The notes under the pieces were generated by a model. It was given only the letters and a program-made list of their open reading frames with translations, searched no databases and was not told the origin of the DNA. A stretch of DNA of 50,938 nt. Origin: Octopus bimaculoides. Taxonomy: Eukaryota. Location: contig NC_068998.1 in NCBI RefSeq assembly GCF_001194135.2, positions 31,286,583 to 31,337,520 on the forward strand, read 5' to 3'. The position numbers and the translations under genes are program-made. Shown here piece by piece: positions 37,523-48,460 of the stretch (position 1 is the first letter of the stretch; every line of letters starts with the position of its first letter).

Positions 37523-38690
37523 TAAGTCTCCTAGAGTTCAAACTTAGCATGAAATTGTTGCATTGAGAATATTGTTTTTTTCGCTCTTGCTGTTTTAACA
37601 ACATGTGGAGAGCCACTAGGCAAACCAAGTGGATATACTTGTACATGTAAAGTTAATTTTTCTTTGAGAAATATTGGTCAAAACCTGCCAATAAAAGTTA
37701 TATTGTGCAATGCGTATAATTTTGTAAACTATTAAAGTCAGATGTGATGTTTTTTTTTTCAGATTTTGAATACAGTTGGGAGAATTTGTGTCAGTGTTTA
37801 CGTATTCATTTTGTTTTTTTTCTTCTCTCTGTCTCCTACTAATATGTTTGCTGTAAGTTACAGATGTTGTTAATACCTTTAATTTATGTTTTTAATACTT
37901 AAAACAAGGAATTAGTTTTCACATTTTGTTTGTTTGTTAATCTAGGTCTACATGCAATTCTGAGAAAGGTATCAAATGGTTGTGGAATGTGCTAGAAACA
38001 ACAGTTAAATCTCCCTTAAATCAACCATCTTTCTGTTTAAAAATATTTTCAAATTTTTTTTAGCAGAAAAGCTCCTCCCATCGTTTTTAAGTGAATAGTG
38101 CAAACAAAATTGGCCAATATCAGTCTGGAGGGAGGTGGTGGCAGAAAAAAATTATAAATTTTCCAAACTGTTTTTTCCATAAAAAGCTTATCCTCATCAT
38201 TTCTAAGACTATGATGCGAAAAAAACAAAACAATAAATGAATGAAATAAATTGGAAAAAACCCTGCCAAAAGGGAGAAAATATAACTTATGTAGGTGTCC
38301 TGACCTGAAATTCTACCATTTATTGCCATTTTTAATAGCTCATTAAAACTGTATTGAAATGGTGTCATGTCCTCAAGTTTCATGATGTATTTACCTCTGT
38401 ACCTACTATAAATGTGCCAAAACTCAAATTCCTGTGGCCTGTACTTTTGGATTAGCTAGGTCTGAAAGCACTGCAAAATCAACCATTTGTTACACTTATC
38501 AAAACAGGCTTTACATAAATATTTAAAATATTGCCAAAAAAATGTTTTCCCTCCAAGGACCTGAAAAAAAAGGCAACTATTATAACATGGTCACTATTAA
38601 TTTGTGTAATTTGAAGATAATTATCATCTCAGTTTCAAAGATATGACACCACAAATATAGCTACTTATTCATTTAGGCAATATTTATTTA

Positions 38691-39066
38691 AGGGCATTAC
38701 TATAGAAGAATGTCTCACGCCAAAACTACCATAATAAACACATTTTTACCGAATGCGCGAGGTGCAATTCAAAAAAATCCCGCTTTTTAGGATAGATATA
38801 TAGAGACAAACAATCTTCTATTTACTATGCCGGATACACGGAGTGTTCATTTTGGTATGTTGAATCTTTTGTTTATTTTTATATATTTTGAGTATACTAT
38901 ACTGATGATCGAAAGTTACATATTGTAATAATTGTGAAATTGTTCGATATATAGTTAAGTCTGTTTTTGAGAAGCCAGTTTTTGAGAGTTGCATTTCCTC
39001 GCGTTCGGTAAAAATGTGTTTATTATAGTAGTTTTAGCATGAGGCATTCTTCTATAGTAATGCCCT
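38691..39066. mobile_element. MITE/non-autonomous DNA element with ~80-bp TIRs
   Basis: agggcattactatagaagaatg.ctca.gc.aaaactac.ataataaacacatttttaccgaa is mirrored at the right end; TA (or TTAA/TTAT) flanks. Confidence 0.85.
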
Positions 39067-39409
39067 TATATAAATATAAATAAATATATTCTAGTGGAAT
39101 AAATGATGGATTTTTTCCCTTATGAGTTTTATCATGCTAACTACTTGATAAAGTTCTTATAAAAGATTTTATTCTATTATTGAATTAATTAAATATATTC
39201 ATTTTGGCAAATTGGGCATAATTTCTACCAACTCATTGACCATTCAAATTGTCATATTTCCTAAAATATTCACCCAAATTTCACAAATGATGTATTAAAA
39301 TTATTCTTTTTAGATGCTCTCAAAAACAAGAACAGGAAAAATTACATTTAAATATTTTCTAAAATTCATAGTAGAAAGAAAGCTAGGAGGTAAGTATATC
39401 TAGCTAAGG

Positions 39410-41740
39410 GAAAAGCAGTAAGGAAGAAGTTTGCCAATGTTCTGTAGCATGACAACTAGAGGCTTGAGGTGTTTGGATTGCAAGAGAAAATTGTGAGTTA
39501 GTAGGAGTGGTGTGTTGCAGAGAAAATCGTGATGTAGCAGGAGAGGTGTGTTTGTATGGCTGATGATTCATTTGCAGTTAGTGATTTTGCAAAGAAAGAG
39601 ACCTGAAAGTGCCTCTGCGAAAGGCTGCTAAATGTAGAGAATGCATAGGAGAAGGACAATCTGCCTAATGTGGACTCAATAGAGGGACCAGTTACTCAAG
39701 TTGACAGTTGTATGGTAGATAAAATAGTTAAAAATAAAGACAGGGAAAGCCTCTGGCCCATCAACAATCACTGCTGAGATGTTTAAAATATCTGGTGGAA
39801 TGGGATATAATCTAGTTACCCATTTTGTCAATCAGGTTGTCCACAAGGCAGGCATACACAACGACTCATGTAGCAGCTTTATAGTCAACTGTTAAAAGGT
39901 AAAGATGATGTCTTGGGCAAAAATAATTACAGAGGTATCAAATTGCTAGATAAAGTGATGAAAGTTACAGAAAGGGTCATATCTCAACTAATTTTAGGAA
40001 GAGAAGTAGCCTAGATGAAATGCAGTTTGGTTTGTACTAGATTGAAGCATTACTGATGCTATCTTCCTGGTGAGGTGACTGCAGAAGTATTTAGCCAAAA
40101 ATAAACTTCTGTACTTTACTTTTGGCAACATGGAGAAAGCCTTTGATAGGGTTCCCTACTCTCTTATCTGGTGAGCAATGAAGAAACTAGGGATAGATGA
40201 GTGGTTGGTGAGAACTGTACAAGCCATGTACAGGGATGCTGTCTGTCGGATGAAAGTTGGCAATGAGTATAGTGAGGAATTTGGTGTACAGGTAGGAGCC
40301 CACCAAGGATTGGTTCTTAACCCCCTCTTGTTAATTACAGTCCTCTTAGCCATAACAAGAATTTAAGACTGGCTGCCCTTGGTAGCTTCTCTATGCTGAT
40401 GACCTTGTTCTTATTGCTGAACAACTATCTGAACTCGAGAGGAAATTTCAGGTGTTGAAGGTTTGGAATTCTGGGGCCTTAGAGTTAATTTAGCAAAGTA
40501 GGAAAACAGACAAATCGCCGATTCCTTCAGAGAGATGGCCCTGCTTGATATGTAGAAAAGGTGTTGGTAGAAACTCCATACGGTGTACCCAGTATAAGCT
40601 ATGAACATATAAGAAGTGCAGTAGTATCACAGGAAGGCTAATGGAGAAAATAGTCTTTGTGTGTGGTAAATGTGCAGGTACAACAAACACTAGGAATGTG
40701 CAGAAGATAGAATCCCCAAAATGTTTGGGAGGATCCTTAAAAGTAGTAGGTAGCTTCTGTTATCTAGGTGACCAAGTTAGCAGTGGAGGAGAAAGTTCTG
40801 AAAGCATAGTTGCTAGAATAAGAACAGGCTGGACAAAGTTAAGAAAGCTGCTACCTTTGTTGGTAATGAAGGGCCTCTCTCTCAGAGTGAAAGGCAGATT
40901 GTATGATGCTTGTGTATGTACAGCTATGCTACATGGCAGTGAAATGTGAACTATGGCTACAGAGGACATGCAAAAGGTCGAAAGAGATGATATCAGTATG
41001 CTCTGCCAGATGAGTAATGTCAGTGTGCATGTATGACAGTGTAAAATGGTTTAAGAGAAAAATTAGGTATAAGAGGTATCATTTGTAGTGTGCAAGAAAG
41101 ATGACTGCTGGTATGGTCATGTGATGTGTATAAAACAGCTGCTTTAAGAAGTGCTAATCTCTAATTGTGGAGGGAAACTATGGAAGGGGTAGACCCAGGA
41201 AAACACGGGATGAAGTGGTGAGAAAGGATTTCCAGATGTTGGCTTCACTGAGGAGATGACAAGAGACTGAAACTTCTGGCAATTTGCTGTGCTTGAGAAT
41301 TGAGAAGACATGTCAAGCTAAGTAAAATCATGGCCTTCCATACATACAGGCATATCCTTTATGGCTATGCACACCACTTCCTCTTTCAGCTAAGAAGTCC
41401 TTGTCTTGAGAGCTCACAGGTTCTGCTGCTACATAAAAAATACCCATGCTAGTGCCATGTAAAAGTGCCTGTGTTAACGTCATGTAAAAGCATTCATGCC
41501 AGTGCTACATAAAAGCACCTCTGCTGGTATCACATAAGAGCACCTATGCTGGTGCCATGTAAAAGCACCCAGTGCACTCCGTAATGTGGTTGGCATTAGG
41601 AAGGGCATCTAGCCATAAAAACTATGCCAAAGTAGACAATTGAAATCTGGTGCAGCTTTCTGGCTGGCCAGCTCCTCTCAAACCATCCAACCCTTGTCAG
41701 CATGGAAAACAGATATTAAATGAAGGTGATGATGATGATG
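39410..41740 (+). mobile_element. RTE LINE (family of 7952-11810), heavily decayed, with 3' UTR and (GAT)n tail
   Basis: MEKAFDRV, GAHQGLVLNPLL, YADDL, GLSLRVKGRLYDAC, GRPRKT remnants. Confidence 0.88.
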
Positions 41741-41749
41741 ATGCACGTG

Positions 41750-42030
41750 GGGGATCGCCTGATCTAGGAGGAACAACATTACATACAACTGATCTTTCAT
41801 GAGACTTTAAATGACTGATATAGCCAGCCTTAGATAGGAGTACATGGTCACGTGTTTCATCCCTCCAGCACTTTGTTCTTATTGATGTTTTGATAACATC
41901 CCTTCCGAAGTCAACACTTTGGCCTTTTATACTCAAAGCAACTCTCTTCAAATGTTTCACAACCTTCCTTATAAGTTTACTTCATTTGATTATTTCCAAA
42001 GCTAGTTCTTTCTAGTTCTCTACATCGATT
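41750..42030 (-). mobile_element. LINE C-terminal zinc-finger fragment
   Basis: LLSKAGYISHLKSH-like motif preceded by K..L+R sequence typical of RTE C-termini. Confidence 0.45.
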
Positions 42031-42289
42031 CACAGTTCCTTCAGGTTGTGTGCATACACTCATACAAGCTAAATTACAGAAATTTTGAAAATTTTTTAGG
42101 AGGGGCAGTTATAACTGTCCTAGACAATTGTAATTTTAGTGTATCATTAATAAGCTTATCTGCTGACAGTTGTTATCCCAGATCAAAGGAGACAACAATA
42201 ACAGCTTTTGAATACTCCCTACTAAACACTGATTATCATGGCTGACTTGTTTGCAGAATGCAGTTGAGATGTGAAGACAATTTGGAAGC

Positions 42290-42901
42290 TAACAATGCAA
42301 TAAGGTTTTGTGTTACAGTTTAACAAGATCACTATAAAAACTTATGAAATGCTACAGACTGTTTATGAATTGACTTGTATGAGTGAAGCATCTATTTTTC
42401 ACTGGCACAATTGGCCAAGAAGCTCAGGATGATCTCTCTTTTTTACAGTAAAGGCATCGTCTACATCCAATGGGTTCCCTCTGGCTAAATGGTCAACAAA
42501 GGGTACTTTGTGAAGGTTTTGAGGGAGTTAAGGATGTGATTTCGTCACAAAAGGCCAGAGCACCTGCACCAGGACAATGCTCGTGCCCACAATTCCATGC
42601 TTGTAACCAACTACATTACAAAGATGGGCATCAAAACTGTCTCTCACCCTCCCTACAGTACAAACCTTGCTCCCTGTGACTTTTGGTTGTTTCTTTAAGA
42701 TGAAAGAGAGAATGAAGGCGACTGGGACAAGGTCCCAAATACCTTCACTTTGGAGGACTTCCATGGGGCCTACATGAAGTGGCTGGGGTGCAACAAGTAC
42801 ATTGAACTCAGGGGAGCTTACTTTGAAGAAGTTTTGTACCACTTTGAAATAAATAAATATCTCTCCTGAGAAAGTTTCAAATCTTCTGGGATGCACCTTC
42901 T
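42290..42901 (+). mobile_element. Internally deleted mariner remnant
   Basis: KTYEMLQTV N-terminus; FFYSKGIVYIQWVP, HQDNARAH, HPPYS.NLAPCDFWLF; TIR-like 3' end. Confidence 0.85.
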
Positions 42902-42924
42902 ACATACATACATACATACATGAT

Positions 42925-44445
42925 GATGACTGTCCACTCATGACTGAGGAAGACCATTGCTGACCTTTAAGAACATTGTGTGCTCTAGGAGTAACTTATA
43001 TTTTGCATTTGTGGCTCCGTTGGTGGCTAATGAGCCCTGCTCTTGACAAGCATACATGACTGCAAACATTGCAAACCAAGCTTTCCCCATTCATTACACT
43101 AGCAGTGTGCTTTCAAGTAGCAGGCTTAAATTCTTCATGCAGAATGTGTGCTCTCTCTATCACAGGCCTTTAGTGAGGACTTGACATAGTCCTTAAATAG
43201 CAGCCTTGGTTTCTACCAGGGTCTCTTTCCACTAAGAAGTTCCCCATATAGCATCTGTTTAGAGGTCCTGCTATCCTTCATTCTAATAAGGTGTCCAGTC
43301 CAATGTAACCAGTGCTCGTGCTCCATCGCCTCAATACTCAAGATATCAGGTTTCCTCAGGACCTGTGTGTCGGAGTTCTTAAGGTCCAGCCAACATTCAG
43401 AATGTGACTCAGACATCTCTGATGAAAGCGTTCAAAGACCTTTACATGACGTTTGTAAAAGGTTCGTGTCTCACATGAGTAAAGGAGTGATGTCAGCACA
43501 CATGCATGGTACACAGCAATTTTTGTTTGCCTTGTGATGCCATGCTGGGACCAGACATGAGACTGAAGAAACTAGAAGGAATCAGTTGCTTTCGCAGCCT
43601 GAAAAATATTTCCTCATTCAAGGAGCAAGAATGGCTAAGTGTGCTGCCTAGGTAGACAAATTTGTCTACCACTTTCAGTATTGTTCCTTTAACCAAGATA
43701 GCTTTATACAGTCATCTGTATAAAGAAGGTCATGAATAAGAGACTGAAAAGCTTTTGAACTGGCAGCAAATTGGCACAGATTAAAGAGGCAACCAGAAGA
43801 TTGATACCTGACATATATTCCCAGAGAGCTGACCTTAGCAAAAGTATGAGTAAAAGCAGCAGCAAAGTACAAAGAAAAGAGAGTTGGGGCAAAGATATCA
43901 CCCTTCTTGACACCATTCTCTACAGGAATGGGTCCCGCCATGCCACCACCAACACTGACCCAAGCCTCTATCCCATCATGAAATGATTTAATTATAGAAA
44001 TAAAGTAATTCAGACATCCAAGTTTGCCAAGTATTTTCCATAGCAAGGCCCTAGTCACAGTATCAAAGGCCTTGGTTAAATCAATGAATACCTGGACAAG
44101 ATCCGTATTCTGTTCATAGCACTTCTCTTGCATCTGTCTTGCTGTGAAAATCATATCCATTGTCCCTCTACCAGATCGGAAGCCACATTGAGATTCAGAT
44201 AGGACATTATTTATGAGACACTCATTCAGGTGGGTAAGAAGAATATTTGCCAGAACCTTGCCAGCAGCTGATAGTAGAGCAATACCTCTGTAGTTACTAG
44301 ACATTATTCTGGCTCCTTTTCCTGTATAGAGAGAAAGAATAATTGCATCCTTCCAGTCTTTAGGCACTGCACCATCCCTCCAGACTATACTAATAAGTTC
44401 ATGAAGGGACTGTGTGATGTAATCACCACCAAATTGCAAGACCTC
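42925..44445 (-). mobile_element. RTE/BovB-like LINE remnant
   Basis: DWKDAIILSLY.GKG..SSNYRGIALLSAAGK, SQCGFRSGRGTMDMIFTARQMQEKC, GVKKGDIFAPTLFSLYF, LLYTDD, QMLYGEL, C-terminal CNVC..VCLSRAGLISH. Confidence 0.92.
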
Positions 44446-44451
44446 AGTACA

Positions 44452-45817
44452 AATTCAGGTATTATTTGATTGTTTCACTCATTCAATTTTGACTAAGAAA
44501 AAAAAAAAAAGGATTTTTTGCATGGAATCAAGCACCCTGACCTCCTAATATACTGCAAACTCCTTATTTTTGTTCGTAAAAAAAGGAGGTGGGGGAAACT
44601 GGATCCCATATCCCATAATCATTGTAAATGAATAAATGAAAATGCAGAGGTTATAGAAATTAGAGTGGTACTGAAGCCAGTGGAGAGATAACGAATGATA
44701 NNNNNNNNNNNNNNNNNNNNNNNNNNNNNNNNNNNNNNNNNNNNNNNNNNNNNNNNNNNNNNNNNNNNNNNNNNNNNNNNNNNNNNNNNNNNNNNNNNNN
44801 NNNNNNNNNNNNNNNNNNNNNNNNNNNNNNNNNNNNNNNNNNNNNNNNNNNNNNNNNNNNNNNNNNNNNNNNNNNNNNNNNNNNNNNNNNNNNNNNNNNN
44901 NNNNNNNNNNNNNNNNNNNNNNNNNNNNNNNNNNNNNNNNNNNNNNNNNNNNNNNNNNNNNNNNNNNNNNNNNNNNNNNNNNNNNNNNNNNNNNNNNNNN
45001 NNNNNNNNNNNNNNNNNNNNNNNNNNNNNNNNNNNNNNNNNNNNNNNNNNNNNNNNNNNNNNNNNNNNNNNNNNNNNNNNNNNNNNNNNNNNNNNNNNNN
45101 NNNNNNNNNNNNNNNNNNNNNNNNNNNNNNNNNNNNNNNNNNNNNNNNNNNNNNNNNNNNNNNNNNNNNNNNNNNNNNNNNNNNNNNNNNNNNNNNNNNN
45201 NNNNNNNNNNNNNNNNNNNNNNNNNNNNNNNNNNNNNNNNNNNNNNNNNNNNNNNNNNNNNNNNNNNNNNNNNNNNNNNNNNNNNNNNNNNNNNNNNNNN
45301 NNNNNNNNNNNNNNNNNNNNNNNNNNNNNNNNNNNNNNNNNNNNNNNNNNNNNNNNNNNNNNNNNNNNNNNNNNNNNNNNNNNNNNNNNNNNNNNNNNNN
45401 NNNNNNNNNNNNNNNNNNNNNNNNNNNNNNNNNNNNNNNNNNNNNNNNNNNNNNNNNNNNNNNNNNNNNNNNNNNNNNNNNNNNNNNNNNNNNNNNNNNN
45501 NNNNNNNNNNNNNNNNNNNNNNNNNNNNNNNNNNNNNNNNNNNNNNNNNNNNNNNNNNNNNNNNNNNNNNNNNNNNNNNNNNNNNNNNNNNNNNNAGGAG
45601 GTCACCAGAATTCATTCAATGAAAAAAAGAAAATTTTCAATCATTCCAGGATGTGGGGATGGGGGTCTGGTTTCCCCCACCCCACTATTTTTCCAAACAA
45701 AAATAAAGAGTTTGCAGCATATTAGGAGGTCAGGGTGCGTGATTCCAGGCAAAAAATTCGAGTTTTTTTTTCTTAGTGAAAATTGTGCAGGTGAAATGAT
45801 CAAAATTTACCCAAATT
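44452..45817. mobile_element. DNA element with ~165-bp imperfect TIRs spanning a gap
   Basis: ggaatca.gcaccctgacctcctaatat.ctgcaaactc.ttatttttgtt at ~44524 is reverse-complemented at ~45700-45750; homology extends to both ends. Confidence 0.8.
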
Positions 45818-45819
45818 CC

Positions 45820-46150
45820 ATCCCTCTTCTCTCTTTCACTCTAATCATCATCCAGAACTTTGCTTGCACCAGACTGTGGTCTGTCCAGCATTCCAATCCA
45901 TGAAAGAAGAGCTGATCTCTAACTGTGGAGGAACCCTGTGGAAGAGGTAGACTCCGCAAGACATGGGATGAGGTGGTGAAACATGATCTTTGAATGTTGG
46001 GTCCTAATGAGGTGATAAATGATTGAGACCTTAGGTGCTTGAGAAGACTTGTCAAGCCAAGTGAAATCATAGTCATGACCAGTGTTGGTGACACGTAAAA
46101 GGCACGCATGCCAGTAACACATAAAGGGCACTTGTGCTGGTGACACGTAA
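45820..46150. mobile_element. Mosaic of short LINE fragments (RTE APE piece on -, RTE 3' end on +)
   Basis: ECWTDHSLVQAKF (APE-like) on -; GRGRLRKTWDEVVKHDL and 3' UTR on +. Confidence 0.6.
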
Positions 46151-46152
46151 AG

Positions 46153-46251
46153 GGTTTCGGAGGCAATATTATTCATGGCAAACGTTGATTCGATCTGCAT
46201 GAACCACACTTTCACATCCCCTGTGAAACAAGGTAAAGAACTGTTATTCAT
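46153..46251 (-). pseudogene. Gypsy gag N-terminal fragment
   Basis: SLPCFTGDVKVWFMQIESTFAMNNIAS matches the KLP.F....P..WF.Q.E..F...I gag N-terminal motif. Confidence 0.6.
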
Positions 46252-46726
46252 GGTGAGACGAGTAACAGAAAGATGTCAATTACGGAGGAAAAGTTTCTAA
46301 AATAGCGTGTGACCGTGCTGTTAGATGTAACAGACAGCTCAGGCAGCTGTGCTTGTGTCCACGTGGGGTATTCAAAATTAGCGTGCATGTATAGCTTGAG
46401 AAATGGCATCGAAGTTTATGAAGAAAGACAAAATGGTGATGAGCTGCATGGTGTAGCAATTCATGTGTGCAAGAGAAAAAAAAAGAATATTTGGCTATTT
46501 TCAAAAAAAATAAAATTAATCTTTTTAGCCCGAATTGGCTACAAAAACAAAAGTGAATTATTGTTTTGGGTGTTGACATCCTAGCAACAGATTGTTCGTA
46601 TATGAAAATGTGTTGGTGTAAGTGTGGTGTGTTTGTAAATAACTTTGGTGTGGTTTCCTTAATAACACGCAGTTTTCTTTAAACAAGGCGTCCGACAAAC
46701 CACTATATATATATATATATATATAT

Positions 46727-47064
46727 AATTTGAAGATAAGCAACAAAAATTCAATAGGTTATAGCAGTACGTACGTTTCGTACAAGCTCCATTTATTCAT
46801 GTAGTGAGAACACTACTTAGAATGTAGAATGAAAATGTACTGTTGAACAGCAGCATAGTCAAGATGATATGTTTTCTTCTCCTACTCTTGTTTTTTGCAC
46901 ATATCTACAAAGTGACTTTCTAAAATGAAATTCCATTATGCAGCTGAGGAGTACATTTTCATTCTACATTCTAAGTAGTGTTCTCACTACATGAATAAAT
47001 GGAGCTTGTACGAAACGTACGTACTACTATAACCTATTGAATTTTTGTTGCTTAACTTCAAATT
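46727..47064. repeat. Fold-back element: 115-bp arms (46727-46841 / 46950-47064, 2 mismatches), 108-bp spacer
   Basis: Base-by-base reverse-complement comparison. Confidence 0.95.
46937..47031 (+). ncRNA. Type I hammerhead-like ribozyme with extended (51-nt insert) stem II
   Basis: UAUGCAG-CUGAGGA-GUACA[51 nt]UGUAC-GAA-AC GUAC GU-A-CUAC(U)AUA; every core nucleotide is canonical. Confidence 0.7.
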
Positions 47065-47199
47065 TTATTCACCAAATCTCTTGATTTTGTTTTTGGTTTT
47101 TACCCTACCAAATTCTGGTGCCTCAAACNNNNNNNNNNNNNNNNNNNNNNNNNNNNNNNNNNNNNNNNNNNNNNNNNNNNNNNNNNATATATATGGGAG

Positions 47200-47390
47200 A
47201 ATGTGCGAAAAACAACAACAACAGACGAGGACAGGTGGTGTAAACAACAAAAGGATGTATTAGTTTGACGCTCGGGAATACAGAAAGTCTTTAACGTTTC
47301 GAGCTACGCTCTTCAACAGAAAGAATACAGAGAAAACAAGGAGAAAAACATGGAGAAAAAAAATTGAAAGGTAAATGAAAGGTAAATGAT
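47200..47390 (-). repeat. PLE-type terminal repeat fragment (copy 2)
   Basis: Homologous to 880-1085. Confidence 0.7.
47288..47324 (-). ncRNA. Minimal hammerhead-like motif with variant core CUGUUGA+A
   Basis: UCUUU-CUGUUGAA-GAGC gua GCUC-GAA-ACGU-U-AAAGA: perfect 5-bp stem I, 4-bp stem II, loopless palindromic stem III. Confidence 0.65.
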
Positions 47391-47431
47391 CTATCATGGC
47401 TTCTGCGATGTATACATATATTTTTTTATAT

Positions 47432-47990
47432 TGGGGTCACCATTTTATAGCGGCTGTTGTTGGCTGTTCAAGTGTGTGTTATTAAATGGAAAACAGCTAG
47501 TATAAATCACCATAAGACATTTTTGTGTATAAATATACTGTTTATTCTGTGTTCACCTTTTGTGGTGGAAGCATGTAGTATGATACAAAAACATGTATGT
47601 TTACATACAAAGAAAGTTTTGATTTTTGCTTTTGCACTGAAAGTAACATATAATGTTTGTATTGCAGTATTATGCATGTGTGTAATGAGAATAGTCATTT
47701 TGAGAATGTGTGCATGATAAAATATCTTCGCTTATGAACCATATATCTTGTGTCGAGGTGAATAGAGATATGAGTCGCATGTGGGAGATTGCATGTGGAG
47801 CTGCAGAGAAAACATGTGTCCTTGACAGAAACCTGGCAGGAACTGAGGCCATTTCTATAGTGTAGCTCAGAACGAGGCTAGTGTCTCAGAACAAGGCTAC
47901 TGTATCAAAGTGAGGCTAGTGTGGAAGTTCAAATGGCTGTAATAATGAGTTTTCTTGGAAATGAAATAAGAATATCTAAAAGCGATATGG
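47432..47990 (-). mobile_element. Possible Gypsy 5' LTR with tRNA-Trp-type PBS (47432-47442)
   Basis: Minus strand gccgctata-aaa-TGGTGACCCC; shares agctcagaacgaggct with the LTR at ~22800; distal boundary uncertain. Confidence 0.4.
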
Positions 47991-48339
47991 TAGCAGTCAG
48001 CAGAGAGGCGAAAAAGAAAGAAGAAAAATCTTTTAAGTGTGGTGCAACTGTGAGTTGAGATGTTCAAGTGTAGGCATAATGAGAAAGGCAGTTCACAGAA
48101 TTTAGTGGTTGGGTATAATTAGGCAATAATCTTGTGTAGCTCTGCGTTGGCAAGACTTGAAAAATATAGAAAAAAGTGAAAAGGGTACAGTGAACTTGCC
48201 GTGAGGATTGGGATATCCAATGTTTTGGATTCAATCCTTCATCAGTTGAAGAAAGACAGAGTTTCCATCCTCTCAGCTTCGAAAACCGGCTGCAACTGAT
48301 AATGGACGCAGAATAACACGGCTGCTAACGTAAAAAGGA

Positions 48340-48403
48340 AGTTATAGGAGAGGGCATGCAGAAAGGAAGAGGAAAAGACTTTTAAGACTCTTCATTTTTT
48401 CCC

Positions 48404-48460
<57 letters not shown>

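Noticed and set aside
38903-38920. ctgatgatcgaaagtt as a hammerhead
   Set aside because: No stem II, no stem I and no GUH geometry; chance match inside a MITE.
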